DNA of 64,000 nt. Source: Perkinsela sp. CCAP 1560/9. Lineage: Eukaryota; Protista; Euglenozoa: Kinetoplastea. Below are positions 1-10,924 of the stretch, piece after piece. The DNA is taken from contig CBFFSA010000002.1 of NCBI GenBank assembly GCA_965644495.1, positions 992,001-1,056,000 on the forward strand, given 5' to 3'. How positions within the stretch are numbered: position 1 is the stretch's first letter; every line of letters begins with the position of its first letter. Below the pieces are notes generated by a model, which had not been told where the DNA came from, searched no databases, and worked only from the letters and a program-made list of their open reading frames with translations. The translations under genes and the position numbers were made by a program.

Positions 1-1424
1 CGGGACTGTTTGTGCGCGATACAATATTCCTGATGAAGAGTTTCATTGGAATCGTCAGTATTTGTATCCGTTTTGCAAGGTAAAATAATTGCTCCACGTG
101 CGTGGCCTTGGGAACGACCTTTTGAAGTGTTTTCGTGAGCATCGCGAGGAATCTGTTTCTCAAGAAGCTCGCGTGCTGACTCCGACAAACGTTCCGGAAA
201 CTCCACTTTGAACTTCAAAATTAAATCACCTCTCTCGGAGTCAGTGAGTTCTTTGTTACCAGAAATCCTCGAGGAACGATCAGAGTGAACTCCTGTCGAA
301 AGTGCCTGTATATTCCTGTTTTGCATCCGTCTGATTTTAGACTCGCGTTTGGAAGAAGAACCACGCTTCGGCATCCCCTCTCCTGCTATGCGTCGTGACT
401 CCTTTCCATTTAGAATCACATTTTCTGTATCAACGCAAATGGGAGAGCCATCTAAGTGCTTAAACGAAAAGCGGCACCCAAGCAATGCGTGACTTAAGGG
501 AAGTGTTTTTGTGAAATACAAATCCGGTCCAACACGTTGAAAACAAGAATGCGGAAGCACGCGAATAATTATTTTCAGATCTCCGCAAAGCAAGCGAGAC
601 GTAGATAAGATATTCGAAGTGTTGGATGCGTTTACGTCGTAAAACACTCTTTCGTGACCGCGATTTTTGAAAACAAGTTCGTCCCCGTCTTCCACTCCAG
701 GCTCTATCGTAAGAGAAAATGTGGTCTCTTGTAAGATTAAACCCTTTTCACTACAAAAGGTACATGCAACTCGTTTTGCAACTTTACCTTTCGCATGGCA
801 AGAGTCGCATGGAACAAGCCGTGAGTTTCTTGATACTCGATAACCGTTTGTACCAAACGAAACGCCAGAAGAACGTTTTCCACTTCCCCTACAATCGGGA
901 CAAGTCATCGAGCTCTCACCCGTGCCTTGACAATGATGGCAAGGAGCAAATTTTCTTTTTCTTACGGTTTCTGATTGTGCTTGCTTTGGATTCGAGGTGA
1001 AAATTCGACCATTTCCCTTGCAAACATCACATTTAGGAAATACAGAAGAGAAAGAAGAGTGAGGAGCAGAACCTGAGGTTTGCATAGCGTTTAAATTGTT
1101 CCTTTCACCATTTGGATTATCAAGTGAACCACAGCCGAGGCAATGAGAACACTTTTTCTGTCGTTCATAGGAAACGGAGAGCACAGTTCCAGTAAAGCAG
1201 TCCTCTAAACGAATATGAATTTCACGTGAAAGGGTGCTAGGGGGGCTTGAGGATAGCGCGGATTGAGGAAAGAAGGGCCGAAAAGAAGGTGGAATACCAC
1301 TAGATGTCCTCTGGGTCGTGCTGCGGTGATTTGATCGCCTTGCGTTTGTAGAGTTCGTGGGATAAGGAGCAGAAAAAGCGTCGAAGAAGGCAGAGCGAAA
1401 GAGATCGGGAAAAGGAAAATCCAT
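1..1424 (-). CDS. DnaJ/Hsp40-like protein (zinc-finger and C-terminal domains, no visible J domain); runs off window start
   Basis: Manual translation from ATG 1424 (MDFPFPDLF...). It has CxxCxGxG repeats (CSHCLGCG, CDVCKGNG, CHHCQGTG, CPDCRGSG), the motif IRLEDCFTG and C-terminal FKVEFPERLS in the same frame. Not in the ORF track because no stop lies in the window. Confidence 0.8.
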   Translation of the reverse strand, partial: MDFPFPDLFRSAFFDAFSAPYPTNSTNARRSNHRSTTQRTSSGIPPSFRPFFPQSALSSSPPSTLSREIHIRLEDCFTGTVLSVSYERQKKCSHCLGCGSLDNPNGERNNLNAMQTSGSAPHSSFSSVFPKCDVCKGNGRIFTSNPKQAQSETVRKRKFAPCHHCQGTGESSMTCPDCRGSGKRSSGVSFGTNGYRVSRNSRLVPCDSCHAKGKVAKRVACTFCSEKGLILQETTFSLTIEPGVEDGDELVFKNRGHERVFYDVNASNTSNILSTSRLLCGDLKIIIRVLPHSCFQRVGPDLYFTKTLPLSHALLGCRFSFKHLDGSPICVDTENVILNGKESRRIAGEGMPKRGSSSKRESKIRRMQNRNIQALSTGVHSDRSSRISGNKELTDSERGDLILKFKVEFPERLSESARELLEKQIPRDAHENTSKGRSQGHARGAIILPCKTDTNTDDSNETLHQEYCIAHKQS

Positions 1425-1794
1425 AATGCGTTCAGATGGAGTAGGAAGGGATAAAAAATAGAGTCGTACTAGTGATTCGGTTTTTAGAAATCAAAGAAGC
1501 AGACAAAGAAAGATGTTAAAAAGAATCAAAAATATAGGCCCTCTGGAAAGGCAAACAACCCCATATCCATGTACACTCTGTCCGGTGCGAGATGTTTATG
1601 AATGTATCTAAAAAAATTGTAGAGCAAAAAGCATGTAAAAGCTGGAAATTTAATCAAAAAACAAGAAAAGTACACAGTATCCTTCACAATAAGAAAGAAA
1701 TCGATCTGCGTGAACTATTCTATACACAAGAATTCCATTCTGTACACAAGAAGTAAAAGCAAAAAATGTAATTCTGTTCACAAAATATTCCCAG

Positions 1795-2145
1795 TTACTT
1801 CTTCTTTAGGGTCGCAGTGCGCTCCGTTTGTACTGGAGCTCTCTTCAACCGGCCAAACGATTTACCAGTTGCAAGCTGTGAGACTGTTGGTGCATCGACG
1901 TGTAAGTAAGGCTTCGCATGTTGCGAGGTCCCTGCCTTCGCTTTTCCACGATATTGGTGCACTCGGTCGGCCACTGTTTCAACAGCACTCCAAAAGTTGC
2001 TTCCTCGCTGGACTGGTATTTTCCTACCTTTGATCGATTTTTCAACCTTTCGGGCAGCAAAAGTATGTAGGAACGGATGCGAGGTTAAGCAGAATACTCC
2101 AGCAAAAGCAGTGAAGAAATAGAGAAGAAGAAGGGCGAAGTTCAT
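1795..2145 (-). CDS. small hypothetical protein with hydrophobic N-terminus
   Basis: 116-aa ATG ORF on the cluster strand with a signal-peptide-like start; no recognised domain. Confidence 0.35.
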   Translation of the reverse strand: MNFALLLLYFFTAFAGVFCLTSHPFLHTFAARKVEKSIKGRKIPVQRGSNFWSAVETVADRVHQYRGKAKAGTSQHAKPYLHVDAPTVSQLATGKSFGRLKRAPVQTERTATLKKK

Positions 2146-2366
2146 TAGTATTTAAATCAGAAAGAGATTGCGTAAAAGAGATGAATATTTTCGTGCAGAT
2201 ATAGTGCAATTGAGAACAAGAATACAGAAAGCAATGAAGAGAATTATTGCAGTTCAGTAAGCGCATACACAAACACGCACGGATAAAATTTTCATCAATT
2301 TGCCCAATGAAAATATTGCACGAACAACATACGAAATACACCATAAGGAAATAAAAAAACTCGTTC

Positions 2367-3104
2367 CTACAACACCTCATTGACGCGTGTCATAAGCCTA
2401 CGTGTTTTCGCAATGACCTTTGCTGCTGGACTTCCCCGAATCAAATCGACTAACGCATCTTTTGCGAATCGAATGTTTTGCACATGTCCCATCAAGTGCA
2501 AATGGGTGTCTGCAATAACGATACGTGTGCGGGTAATATTTTCCAACGCAAATTTTGTTTTTCCATGACTTCCACTCATACGACCAATACATCGACTTAA
2601 ATTCTCTCCTCGAAGTGTTTTCACATCTTTTACCTCAAACCCATCGAGATAAATATCATCCAGCCGCAGCAACGCTAACGCATCGGCGACCTCAAACCCC
2701 AACACAACGGCTCGCACAAAATCTTCCGCTTTTTGAAGTAACCCGGAGTGATCACATTCCAAAATTTGATTTTCACTCTCTTCTGCCATCGGACCCAAAC
2801 GCAAATCAACGCTTTTGGTTTTTAAGTTCATCCGGACTTCCAGTTTGCATTGGTCCACCAGCGGGGTATAAATTGACATCCACTTGCTTCTAATCGGAGG
2901 AAACCGATGATGGGGAATTTTAATGCTACGAATCGGTCGGCGTGCGGAGAGGGAAGACACGGAGGCCAGAGGAGAGGCGTAGGAGTAGTTTTGTCGTTTT
3001 GCTCGGGTCAGAAATCGGTCGGAGGGGGCAGCGCATAGTTCTTGGGTGGAATTGGTGCGTTTGCGAGGGTGGGTGGGAAGAGACGGTGATGGGGAAGTGC
3101 TCAT
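2367..3104 (-). CDS. PNO1: pre-rRNA processing KH-domain protein PNO1/Dim2
   Basis: Motifs IPHHRFPPIRSKWMSIYTPLV, GFEVADALALLRLDDIY, SRCIGRMSG..GKTKFALEN and LIRGSP. Start set at the first plausible ATG (MSTSP). Confidence 0.93.
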   Translation of the reverse strand: MSTSPSPSLPTHPRKRTNSTQELCAAPSDRFLTRAKRQNYSYASPLASVSSLSARRPIRSIKIPHHRFPPIRSKWMSIYTPLVDQCKLEVRMNLKTKSVDLRLGPMAEESENQILECDHSGLLQKAEDFVRAVVLGFEVADALALLRLDDIYLDGFEVKDVKTLRGENLSRCIGRMSGSHGKTKFALENITRTRIVIADTHLHLMGHVQNIRFAKDALVDLIRGSPAAKVIAKTRRLMTRVNEVL

Positions 3105-3492
3105 TTTGAAAAAAAAAATGAGTGCGAAATACAAGAGAGACTTTTTTTTAAAAATTGTGGAAATAAAGGAAAGAGAGTTAGGACTGCGTAAAAAAATGTT
3201 TTGTAACCGTATGATGTGATGAAAAATGTGGCATAAATGTAGGCCCAATATGCAAATAGATAACGCATTGCCCTGCGCTTATGACTTACATGTTATCGGC
3301 ATGTATTTTAGTGAGAAACATAAAAGCCCAGAAGGTTAGCATGTAACGGGATCAGTATAAAAATACAAAAGGAAGCATCAGTTACAAAGAACGCACATTT
3401 ATGTATTTTAAATACTCAAAATAAGCTACCTTTATGCCTTCCTTTTGTTTTGATTTTTAAAATCCTGTTTTCGTTACTTCGATCATACAGGT

Positions 3493-4005
3493 TTACACCT
3501 TTTCTCCACGCAGCCCATCTTTGAAGTAATAAAACAGCGCTTTCTCGCCTTCCCACTTTGCCAACACGGTGATACCCTCCCCGTCCATACTTTCCCCCAA
3601 AAAGAATTGATATTCATCAAAATTCGCCAAAACCTTTTTCACAAAGGTCTGAGCCCCGGCCTTGAACTTATCCACTCGCTCGGGATTCTTTTCTTGCATT
3701 TTTTCGACCAGTGCCTTCATGTAACCCTTCAAATAGGCCCCATAGCTCTTCTTATCGAAGGGGACCTCCACAAGACGGTTGGTGTGGACAATGTCGACCA
3801 CTTTGGAGCTGTTATCGGAGGTTCCCTCCCCTGTGGCGCCCTCTGCAGCGTCCTCATCGACATTGGCCGAGATTCCGTAGTCTTCGCCCCCGACGCTGAT
3901 GTATTTCCCTTCGACCACGTAGACCACATCGTCCTCCTCCTGCAGCAGACGGTCGTTGTCACAGAGAACTTCGTCTCCTGAGATAATGCATTTGAAGATT
4001 TTCAT
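3493..4005 (-). CDS. TCTP: translationally controlled tumour protein
   Basis: MKIFKCIISGDE, FDKKSY..YLKGYMK, YQFFLGESMD and FKDGL. The segment GGEDYGISANVDEDAAEGATGE resembles trypanosomatid TCTP as recalled. Confidence 0.95.
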   Translation of the reverse strand: MKIFKCIISGDEVLCDNDRLLQEEDDVVYVVEGKYISVGGEDYGISANVDEDAAEGATGEGTSDNSSKVVDIVHTNRLVEVPFDKKSYGAYLKGYMKALVEKMQEKNPERVDKFKAGAQTFVKKVLANFDEYQFFLGESMDGEGITVLAKWEGEKALFYYFKDGLRGEKV

Positions 4006-4205
4006 TTTAGTTTTGTGTGGGTTGGGAGGTGGGAGATAGGAAAAGGAAAAGAGAGTGGATAGGAGAAAGTTGTGAGAAGGAAAAGGTTAAAAAAATAGAA
4101 AAAAGAGAGAAAACATTTATATGGATTACGATATCTTTGTAAGCACATAATTGAGGTTATTCTAAAATTTGGAATCTAAATCGTCGTTCTAAAAGTAATA
4201 TGGCT

Positions 4206-5132
4206 TTATTGTAGATCATATTTTAGGGCAGGTGGGAAGGGAGTTGGCACTATGGAAGAAATTTTGTTTCCCCGAAGATCTAGCGTAACAAAGTGTTCTG
4301 GCACCATTCGGAGGTCAAGGTGCCCGTCAAACTCATTATTCTTCAGTAGAAGATACTTCATTTTCGGCGGAAGCGTATCGAACTGTAATTCTCCACTTAG
4401 TTTATTATCGCATAGATCAAGTCGTTTGAGTGATTTCGGCAGAGCTTTAAGAATCAAGCTCCCACTAAAATTATTATTTGCGAAATACATTGTTTCCAAA
4501 TTCGCAGGTAAGCTTGTCAGATCGAGCTCCCCTGAAAGCAGATTATCTTGAAGGTCTAACACAACTAGATGACGAGGTAGAGATGACAGGGATACAGTTC
4601 CCTTAAAGCAATTTTTCGCCGCTTCAAAAGCAGTTAAATTTGTAGGAAGATGATCCAAGTCAATGTTTCCCGTCATCTTGTTGCCATCCAATACAAAATT
4701 TCTTAGCCGAGGCGGCAAATCAAAAACAGGAAGCTCGCCGGTAATTATGTTCTGCGTTGCCGATCTAAAAAAACTCCCTAAAATCAAAACTTGTACACTC
4801 GATGGAATACGACACCATGATATGGTTCCACGAAGCTTCATAGCGTGCCACTTAATTTTAATGACTTGCAAATTGTGGTCACACTCTATGTCTTTCCAAC
4901 TGCATGCCGGAGTCTCTGTAGTCCATGAGGGATGGTGATTAGAGATGTTATGAAGGACGCGACAGAGATCATATTCCTGCGGAAGGAAAGCCCCACGTAC
5001 CCTAGCCGCCTTAGGTGCACTATCCGCAGCATCTAAGATAAGAGACCTTGTGATAGTAGTCGGAAGAAATAACATAAAGAAACGTGACGAAAGTGAAGAT
5101 TTTCTATAAATAACAGTGTAACCATTGAGCAA
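4206..5132 (-). CDS. leucine-rich repeat protein (dispersed family)
   Basis: W...C.W..I.C N-cap followed by 22-aa LPxxLxxLxLxxNxFxGxL repeats. Confidence 0.88.
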   Translation of the reverse strand: MLNGYTVIYRKSSLSSRFFMLFLPTTITRSLILDAADSAPKAARVRGAFLPQEYDLCRVLHNISNHHPSWTTETPACSWKDIECDHNLQVIKIKWHAMKLRGTISWCRIPSSVQVLILGSFFRSATQNIITGELPVFDLPPRLRNFVLDGNKMTGNIDLDHLPTNLTAFEAAKNCFKGTVSLSSLPRHLVVLDLQDNLLSGELDLTSLPANLETMYFANNNFSGSLILKALPKSLKRLDLCDNKLSGELQFDTLPPKMKYLLLKNNEFDGHLDLRMVPEHFVTLDLRGNKISSIVPTPFPPALKYDLQ

Positions 5133-5455
5133 GAAAAGAGGGTAATAAAATGAGAATTTAGCTTAGGAAAAGAATTTGAGATGGGTAAACAACGTCAAAG
5201 TTTTCTTCTAAGGAATGCTGCTATATTTTTTTCGTTTAGAAGCTTTGATGACCAAATTAAAAAAAGAGAGTTTTGAACGGCGATTTGACCAAACTAATGA
5301 CCTGAAACTCCTCGCGCATGAAGTATACCTGTTGGCTTTGCGAAAATTTTTGCGACCCCTTTGCGAATTCATATCATACTGAGCATGATATAGTAACTAC
5401 CAATTCTACAATAATACAAGAATCCCACGTTTTATACATGTATGTGAAAATTTAA

Positions 5456-7067
5456 TTATCCAAACAAATCATCTAAATTGGTGGCACTCGCCGGAACATT
5501 TTTTACTTTACGAGAAATTGGTGTTATGGACGACGTCATTCCTATACCGCGCTCTTTCTCAAGTCCTTCGTTTTGTTTTTGGAGTGCCGTTTTCATCGGA
5601 TATTTGATCTCCTGACTCGTTTTGGTGCGACCCATATCAAGCATATCAGGTGGGGAGGGCGGACGAGCACCGGTAACTGAACTCTCCTGTAATAATGAAC
5701 TGAGTGCATCCACAGTATTTTCTAAACCACGAGAAGTAGACTTGGATCTCTCAGTGCTTTTTTCCGAAAATAAATCCGAAGTAGGTTTCTTATCCACACC
5801 GGTGGTCGAAATAACCTCTTCGTGGTACGAGTTCGAGATTTCAGAAAAAAGATCATGTATGGCTTGAGCACTTTTTCTAGAATCTGTTTCGTTCGAGGGC
5901 GCACTCGTTGATGACTGAAGCGCAGACTGTATACTCTCTGTCGGCAAAACCCGCAACGTCGGCAAAGCATGAAAACACGGCGCAATCCCTTTCAGCGTGC
6001 GAAACGTTTTATTCAACCCCTCCACACACACATTATACTGACACGCGAGCTCATACACCTTTCTTTTTCGATCCCCCAACACCTCCGGACTCTCCCCCTC
6101 ACCCCCTTCCCTTTTCCCCTCCGCGACACCAAACACCGTTTGAATCAGAAACAGCAACCGATCCGAGACCAGCCCCGTCACCTGACGCGCATCCTGCACC
6201 ACATACCGCCACACCAGCACACTCACCGCGTTATCCAACACCGTCACATCCACCTCCATCCCCACCATCACCTCCAGCTGTCCGAGAAACCTCCGCGTGA
6301 GCTCCACCAGCTCCGGGGCCTCCAGCATCGCGAGCATCTCCCCGTAGTGCGGGCGCTCGAGGCGGCGGTAGGTGTGGGAGAACACCACCGCACTCACCCG
6401 GGGGGCCCCCGCGGGTCGCGGGATGGCACACGCCCGCAGCGCCTCCCGGCTCACCGCGGTGCGCTCCTCGAGGTAGCGGAAGTAGTGTTTCACGAGACGC
6501 TCCATGCGACGGCCGTAGCCGGTGTCGGAGACGTCCTTGGCTTTGGTCGCGTTAAACAGCTGGGGGGTGTGGAGGAGGGCGTCGTGGAGGGGGTCGCTGC
6601 CCTCCTTGAGGAGGCGGTGGAGGACGAGAAGGGTTTTGAGTGTGACGCTCCACTGGTGGGTGTGGAGACGGGACTCGAGGCCGGTGATGATGTGGTGGAG
6701 GGTCGCGGGGGGGAGGGGGGGGGGAGGGGTGCCGGGGGGGGTGGGGGGGGAGGTACTCGGGGTGGTGGTTGTGGTTGCGGCACGGGGAGGGGAGGTACGG
6801 GTAGGGTAGGCTGCGGGGTAGAGAGAGGTGGAGGGTGAGCGGGAGGATTTTGACGGGGATTGACCTTCGAGTTTTCCATGGGAGGCTGCGATGAGTCGTT
6901 TGAGGTGTTTCTCGTTGGGGGGTTTTGATTTTACTGCTGGTGGTTTTCCAGATGGCGCGCTCGATGAGGTCGCGGGTGAGTCGGGTGGCGAGAACGTGGG
7001 CTTTGTTGACAAAGTAGGTTCCCGCACGTTTGAGTTCGATTTTGGTTTCGTTGTCAAGGGTGGTCAT
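5456..7067 (-). CDS. CALM: ANTH-domain clathrin assembly protein (CALM/AP180-like), with an apparent frameshift near 6920
   Basis: The N-terminus ELKRAGTYFVNKA..IERAIWKTTS is in the 7067 frame. PNEKHLKRLI and WSVTLKTLLVLHRLLKEG are in the 7057 frame. The switch falls in the G6/T4 homopolymer at 6917-6926. Confidence 0.8.
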
Positions 7068-7331
7068 GAGGAAAAGGGGGATACAAAGAAAGTTAATAAA
7101 TTGTGAGAAAAGAGCTGAAAAAATAGCGCGTTATTTTGAAGCGAAAGTCGAAAGCTGGGCTTCCTGATAAAGATAAAAACGTACATTCCCACAGAAGACC
7201 AAAATTTGCAACGCAAATAAACGGATAGAAACGTTTTTTTACAGGCAAGCCATGTATGCGGTAAGTATACAGGTTGGACCATATGTACAGTGCCTATGAC
7301 TTTTACTTACATGGCGAACATTCTGTGCATA

Positions 7332-7807
7332 ACCAGGTGAACGGTATATTATTTAAATCATTATTTAAATGTAGTGTTATTTAAATAGTATAGTGTTAAA
7401 GTTTTATTTAAATAATATAGCGTTAACGCTATAATATTTAAATAGGGGAAAAACGCAAGTAAAAACGTGGTCTTTAGAAGTACGTACGGTAGTTTAAGGG
7501 GCTTCTAAGTTGGTATAGAGCACTTATAAAGTTGTAAAAATGATTTTAGCCTACAATTCTAGCTATTACCAAAGAATTCTAGGTATTTCCAAAGGAATTC
7601 CTCAACAAGTAGGCCCGCCATAGTGGGAAAATGAGCTGAATTTTACGATTTAAATAATATAGTGTTATTTAAATAATATAGTGTTATTTAAATAATATAG
7701 TGTTATTTAAATAATATAGTGTTAATTTAAATAATATAGTGTTATTTAAATAATATAGTGTCAATTAAATATTATAGCGTTATTAAATAATATACCGTTC
7801 CCCGGGT
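7332..7807. mobile_element. non-autonomous TIR element (ACC ends, TA flanks) with AT-rich 19-bp tandem repeats
   Basis: TIR ACCAGGTGAACGGTATATTATTTAA vs ACCCGGGGAACGGTATATTATTTAA, with TA on both sides. Internal array of TTATTTAAATAATATAGTG at ~7647-7790. Confidence 0.75.
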
Positions 7808-7864
7808 TAATAAATGCGTAATAATTTTTGTGCCATGAATTTTAGCGAAAATAACATTTGTCTT

Positions 7865-7956
7865 GGGTGCAAAAAAGTGGAATAATAAATGGAAGTTGGA
7901 ATAATAAGTGGAAATTGGAATAATAAAAAAGTGGAATAATAACTGTACAGGGGGTT
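7865..7956. mobile_element. solo right end of the AACCCCCTGTACAG family
   Basis: AAAAAAGTGGAATAATAACTGTACAGGGGGTT|TA matches the right end of element 61061-61704. Confidence 0.75.
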
Positions 7957-7990
7957 TACACATTCTTTTACACAATACCGTTATGCACTG

Positions 7991-8674
7991 TTATGCAATA
8001 TTTTCAATTTTTGTGTTCCGCCAACTTCGGAACTTCAGAAGCGGTGAAAGCTGCGAGACAGACACTTGACCTGTTAGCTCTTCATTGTCATCGAGATGCA
8101 GATGTTTTAACTGGGGAGACAGAAGCTTAAAATGAAAAACGCCAGAAAAAAGATTGTTCGTAAGGTTCAAGAGATACAGAGAAGGTGGTAGCTGCTCGAC
8201 ATTTATCGATCCCTCAAAAAAATTATTGGACAGTCGAAGGGCTTTTAGATTGGAGGGAAGATCAGAAAAAGATACTGTCCCGCATAGATAGTTAGACCAT
8301 AGTGTTAACAAATGAACAGAAGAGGGGACATACGCCCATTGCAGGGTTCCCTTAAGCTTATAATTCCCAAAATTAATTGCGATGACTTCCTGGGAGGAAA
8401 CGTTACATTCCACCCCCTTCCACACGCATGCCTTGTATCGGCTATCCCATGTGGGATCCAACTTCTCTACGTTTTGCAGAAATCGATGGAGGTCAAATTC
8501 TGCGGGGACCGAAGTGCCGCGAACTTTGTTCGGGTATGAGCGAGGTTTTGAATCGGCGGTAGAAAGAGGACACAGAAAGAGAAGAGGCATTAGAAAAAAG
8601 ATGAATCGCCTGATTTGATAAAAAAAGTGTGGTTTTCGAAAAAGTGGGACGCAAAAAAGAAAAAAATGAATCAA
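7991..8674 (-). CDS. leucine-rich repeat protein
   Basis: KVRGTSVPAEF, the WD..YKACVWKGVEC cap and LRR repeats. The true start is probably the internal MPLLF. Confidence 0.85.
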   Translation of the reverse strand: MIHFFLFCVPLFRKPHFFYQIRRFIFFLMPLLFLCPLSTADSKPRSYPNKVRGTSVPAEFDLHRFLQNVEKLDPTWDSRYKACVWKGVECNVSSQEVIAINFGNYKLKGTLQWAYVPSSVHLLTLWSNYLCGTVSFSDLPSNLKALRLSNNFFEGSINVEQLPPSLYLLNLTNNLFSGVFHFKLLSPQLKHLHLDDNEELTGQVSVSQLSPLLKFRSWRNTKIENIA

Positions 8675-8852
8675 CGCTCACAAAAAGGGTTGTGAGCCAA
8701 GAATAGATGCAACCCTAACAAAATTTTTCCCAAGAAAAATACAGAGTCTAATTTAATAATAAAGAGGCTCAAAAAATAGGGATCACATTTTAGTTTACGT
8801 TGACAGCATTTGTTACAATAATAATATACACAAAAAATGTTTACGCACTGTT

Positions 8853-10703
8853 TCATTGTTCCTTTTGCTTTGACTCTTCAATTGCCAAACACCGCCTGTG
8901 CCAATACATGCCCCCAAGGATCAGCCCCAATTGAAGAGCCAAATACAAATACGAGAACACAAAACAGTCCCGTGCAAACCGATCCGGACTGATGTGGTAC
9001 TGCGCTGTTTTCCACATGAACATCAAATTCAACACCAACGAGAAAAGATAGTAAACCAGTGGAAACTGAAGCCGCAGTGCCATGGGTCCTAAAATCACCA
9101 GTGTTTGCAGAATCACAGAGAACACAAACGCGCGGATCGAGGCCCCCTTCACATCCTCCGACGCCCGCATCCGAAACCCCGCATTGGCGTAATCCCGCCT
9201 ACAAAAGTACGAAAGCGCCATAAAATGCGGAATCTGCCACGCATACAAAACCGCCGCAAGCCACAACGACGGCGCCAAGGCCTCCACCATCCACGCCACA
9301 CTCTCCACCCCCCCTAACGGAAAAACCGCTCCCCCCATCACCGGCGGAATCGCCCCCACCACCGCTCCCACCTCCGTATTCCTCACCGAGATGCGTTTTA
9401 ACGGGGTATACACCCCTACGTAGATCCCCCAGTTCACTACCCCCAGCAGCGCACACAGCGGGGCGTACCCCCCGGCCAGCACCCCCGCGCCCACCACCCC
9501 CTCGAGCGCACACATCAGTTTCGCGTGTCCCCTCCTCAACCCCCCCGTGACCAGGGGGCGCTGTCTCGTCCTCTTCATCCTTCGGTCGCACTCGACCTCG
9601 ATGATTTGGTTCGCGCTGTTGGCACTCAGCGACATTAAAGTGGTTCCGATAAATAAATAAAGTAAAGGGGGGCCGGGGGGGAGGGAGAGGACGGAGCCTA
9701 CGAGTGCGGTGAGGGCGACGAAGAGGGTGAGACGGGACTTGCCGAGGGTGAGGGCGTGGGTGAGGGGGGAGGGGGGAGGGGAGGTGGGGGAGGGGAGGGG
9801 CTCGAGGGGACAGGGGGTGGGAGGGGTGGGGGCGTTGTTGTTGTGGTTTGTAGAAATGTGGTTAAATGCGCTGGTTGTGGTGTTTTTGGATGCATCGTTT
9901 GTGGTATTTTTTGATGCATTGGTTGTGGTAATTTTTGCATTGTTTGTGGTATTCTTTGATGCATCGGTTGTGGTATTTTTTGATGCATTGGTTGTTGTAT
10001 TTTTTGATGCATTGTTTGTGGTATTCTTTGATGCATCGGTTGTGGTATTCTTTGATGCATTGGTTGTGGTATTCTTTGATGCATCGGTTGTGGTATTTTT
10101 TGATGCATTGTTTGTGGTATTCTTTGATGCATTGGTTGTGGTATTCTTTGATGCATCGGTTGTGGTATTTTTTGATGCATTGTTTGTGGTATTCTTTGAT
10201 GCATTGTTTGTGGTATTCTTTGATGCATTGTTTGTGGTATTCTTTGATGCATCGGTTGTGGTATTTTTTGATGCATCGGTTGTGGTATTTTCCAAAGAGT
10301 GATTTGGTAATTTGATAGATGCGTTGGCTGGATTATTTTTTATCGTATCCGTTGGATTATATTTCGACCCATGTGTTGTGCTGTTCACCGCTTGAGTAGA
10401 CCAATGATTCGAGCTAGCGGACGGGCTAAAGCCCTGTAATGAGGTGGTAGATTTGTTTGACGAGTGGCTCGAAGACGGTGAAAGTACAGAGAAGGAGGGG
10501 TTCAATGAATGGATGTTACCAGGAGAAGGGTTTCTGACACAATACAGACGAGAAGACAAGAAAGGTGCACAAGAGATGTTAGAGAGTCTGTGAAGAGAGG
10601 ACACAAAAGAGTTTTGTTTTCGAGAACGAGGAAAGAAGACTAGTGGGTAGAACAATTTTAGTCCAGTAGAGCGAAAGTGACGTCCGGACGTGTGACCAAG
10701 CAT
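8853..10703 (-). CDS. COX10: protoheme IX farnesyltransferase (heme O synthase)
   Basis: SANSANQIIEVECDRRMKRTRQRPL, YTPLKR, NTEVGAVVGAIPPVMG, WQIPHFMAL and RRDYANAGF, with a basic/Ser-rich presequence. Confidence 0.93.
   Translation of the reverse strand: MLGHTSGRHFRSTGLKLFYPLVFFPRSRKQNSFVSSLHRLSNISCAPFLSSRLYCVRNPSPGNIHSLNPSFSVLSPSSSHSSNKSTTSLQGFSPSASSNHWSTQAVNSTTHGSKYNPTDTIKNNPANASIKLPNHSLENTTTDASKNTTTDASKNTTNNASKNTTNNASKNTTNNASKNTTTDASKNTTTNASKNTTNNASKNTTTDASKNTTTNASKNTTTDASKNTTNNASKNTTTNASKNTTTDASKNTTNNAKITTTNASKNTTNDASKNTTTSAFNHISTNHNNNAPTPPTPCPLEPLPSPTSPPPSPLTHALTLGKSRLTLFVALTALVGSVLSLPPGPPLLYLFIGTTLMSLSANSANQIIEVECDRRMKRTRQRPLVTGGLRRGHAKLMCALEGVVGAGVLAGGYAPLCALLGVVNWGIYVGVYTPLKRISVRNTEVGAVVGAIPPVMGGAVFPLGGVESVAWMVEALAPSLWLAAVLYAWQIPHFMALSYFCRRDYANAGFRMRASEDVKGASIRAFVFSVILQTLVILGPMALRLQFPLVYYLFSLVLNLMFMWKTAQYHISPDRFARDCFVFSYLYLALQLGLILGGMYWHRRCLAIEESKQKEQ
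9870..10290 (-). repeat. 24-bp coding minisatellite (~17 x NTTxxASK) in COX10
   Basis: Direct inspection of DNA and protein. Confidence 0.95.
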
Positions 10704-10924
10704 TTAACGTATCGGTATTGTCTGTGGTGTCAAAAGTGTACTACAAAGAAAAAATAACAAGATGTTACGAAAGATAGAAAAATGTAGTGATTTCAATAAA
10801 TCCGCCTTGTGAAAATTCGATTTTTGCATCCGTTTTTGCTCAATTTTGTTGCAAATTGCTTCGTTAAGGGAACGAGATCTCTCGTTTGCAACAAAAATGA
10901 GCAAAAACGGATGAAAAAGCATAG

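Noticed and set aside
7640-7790. AT-rich array as centromere, telomere or CRISPR
   Set aside because: It is a spacerless 19-bp repeat enclosed by TIRs, so it is a TE subterminal repeat.
9709-10315. Plus-strand hydrophobic repeat ORFs (VVFFDA..., MHCLWY...)
   Set aside because: These are antisense shadows of the COX10 minisatellite.
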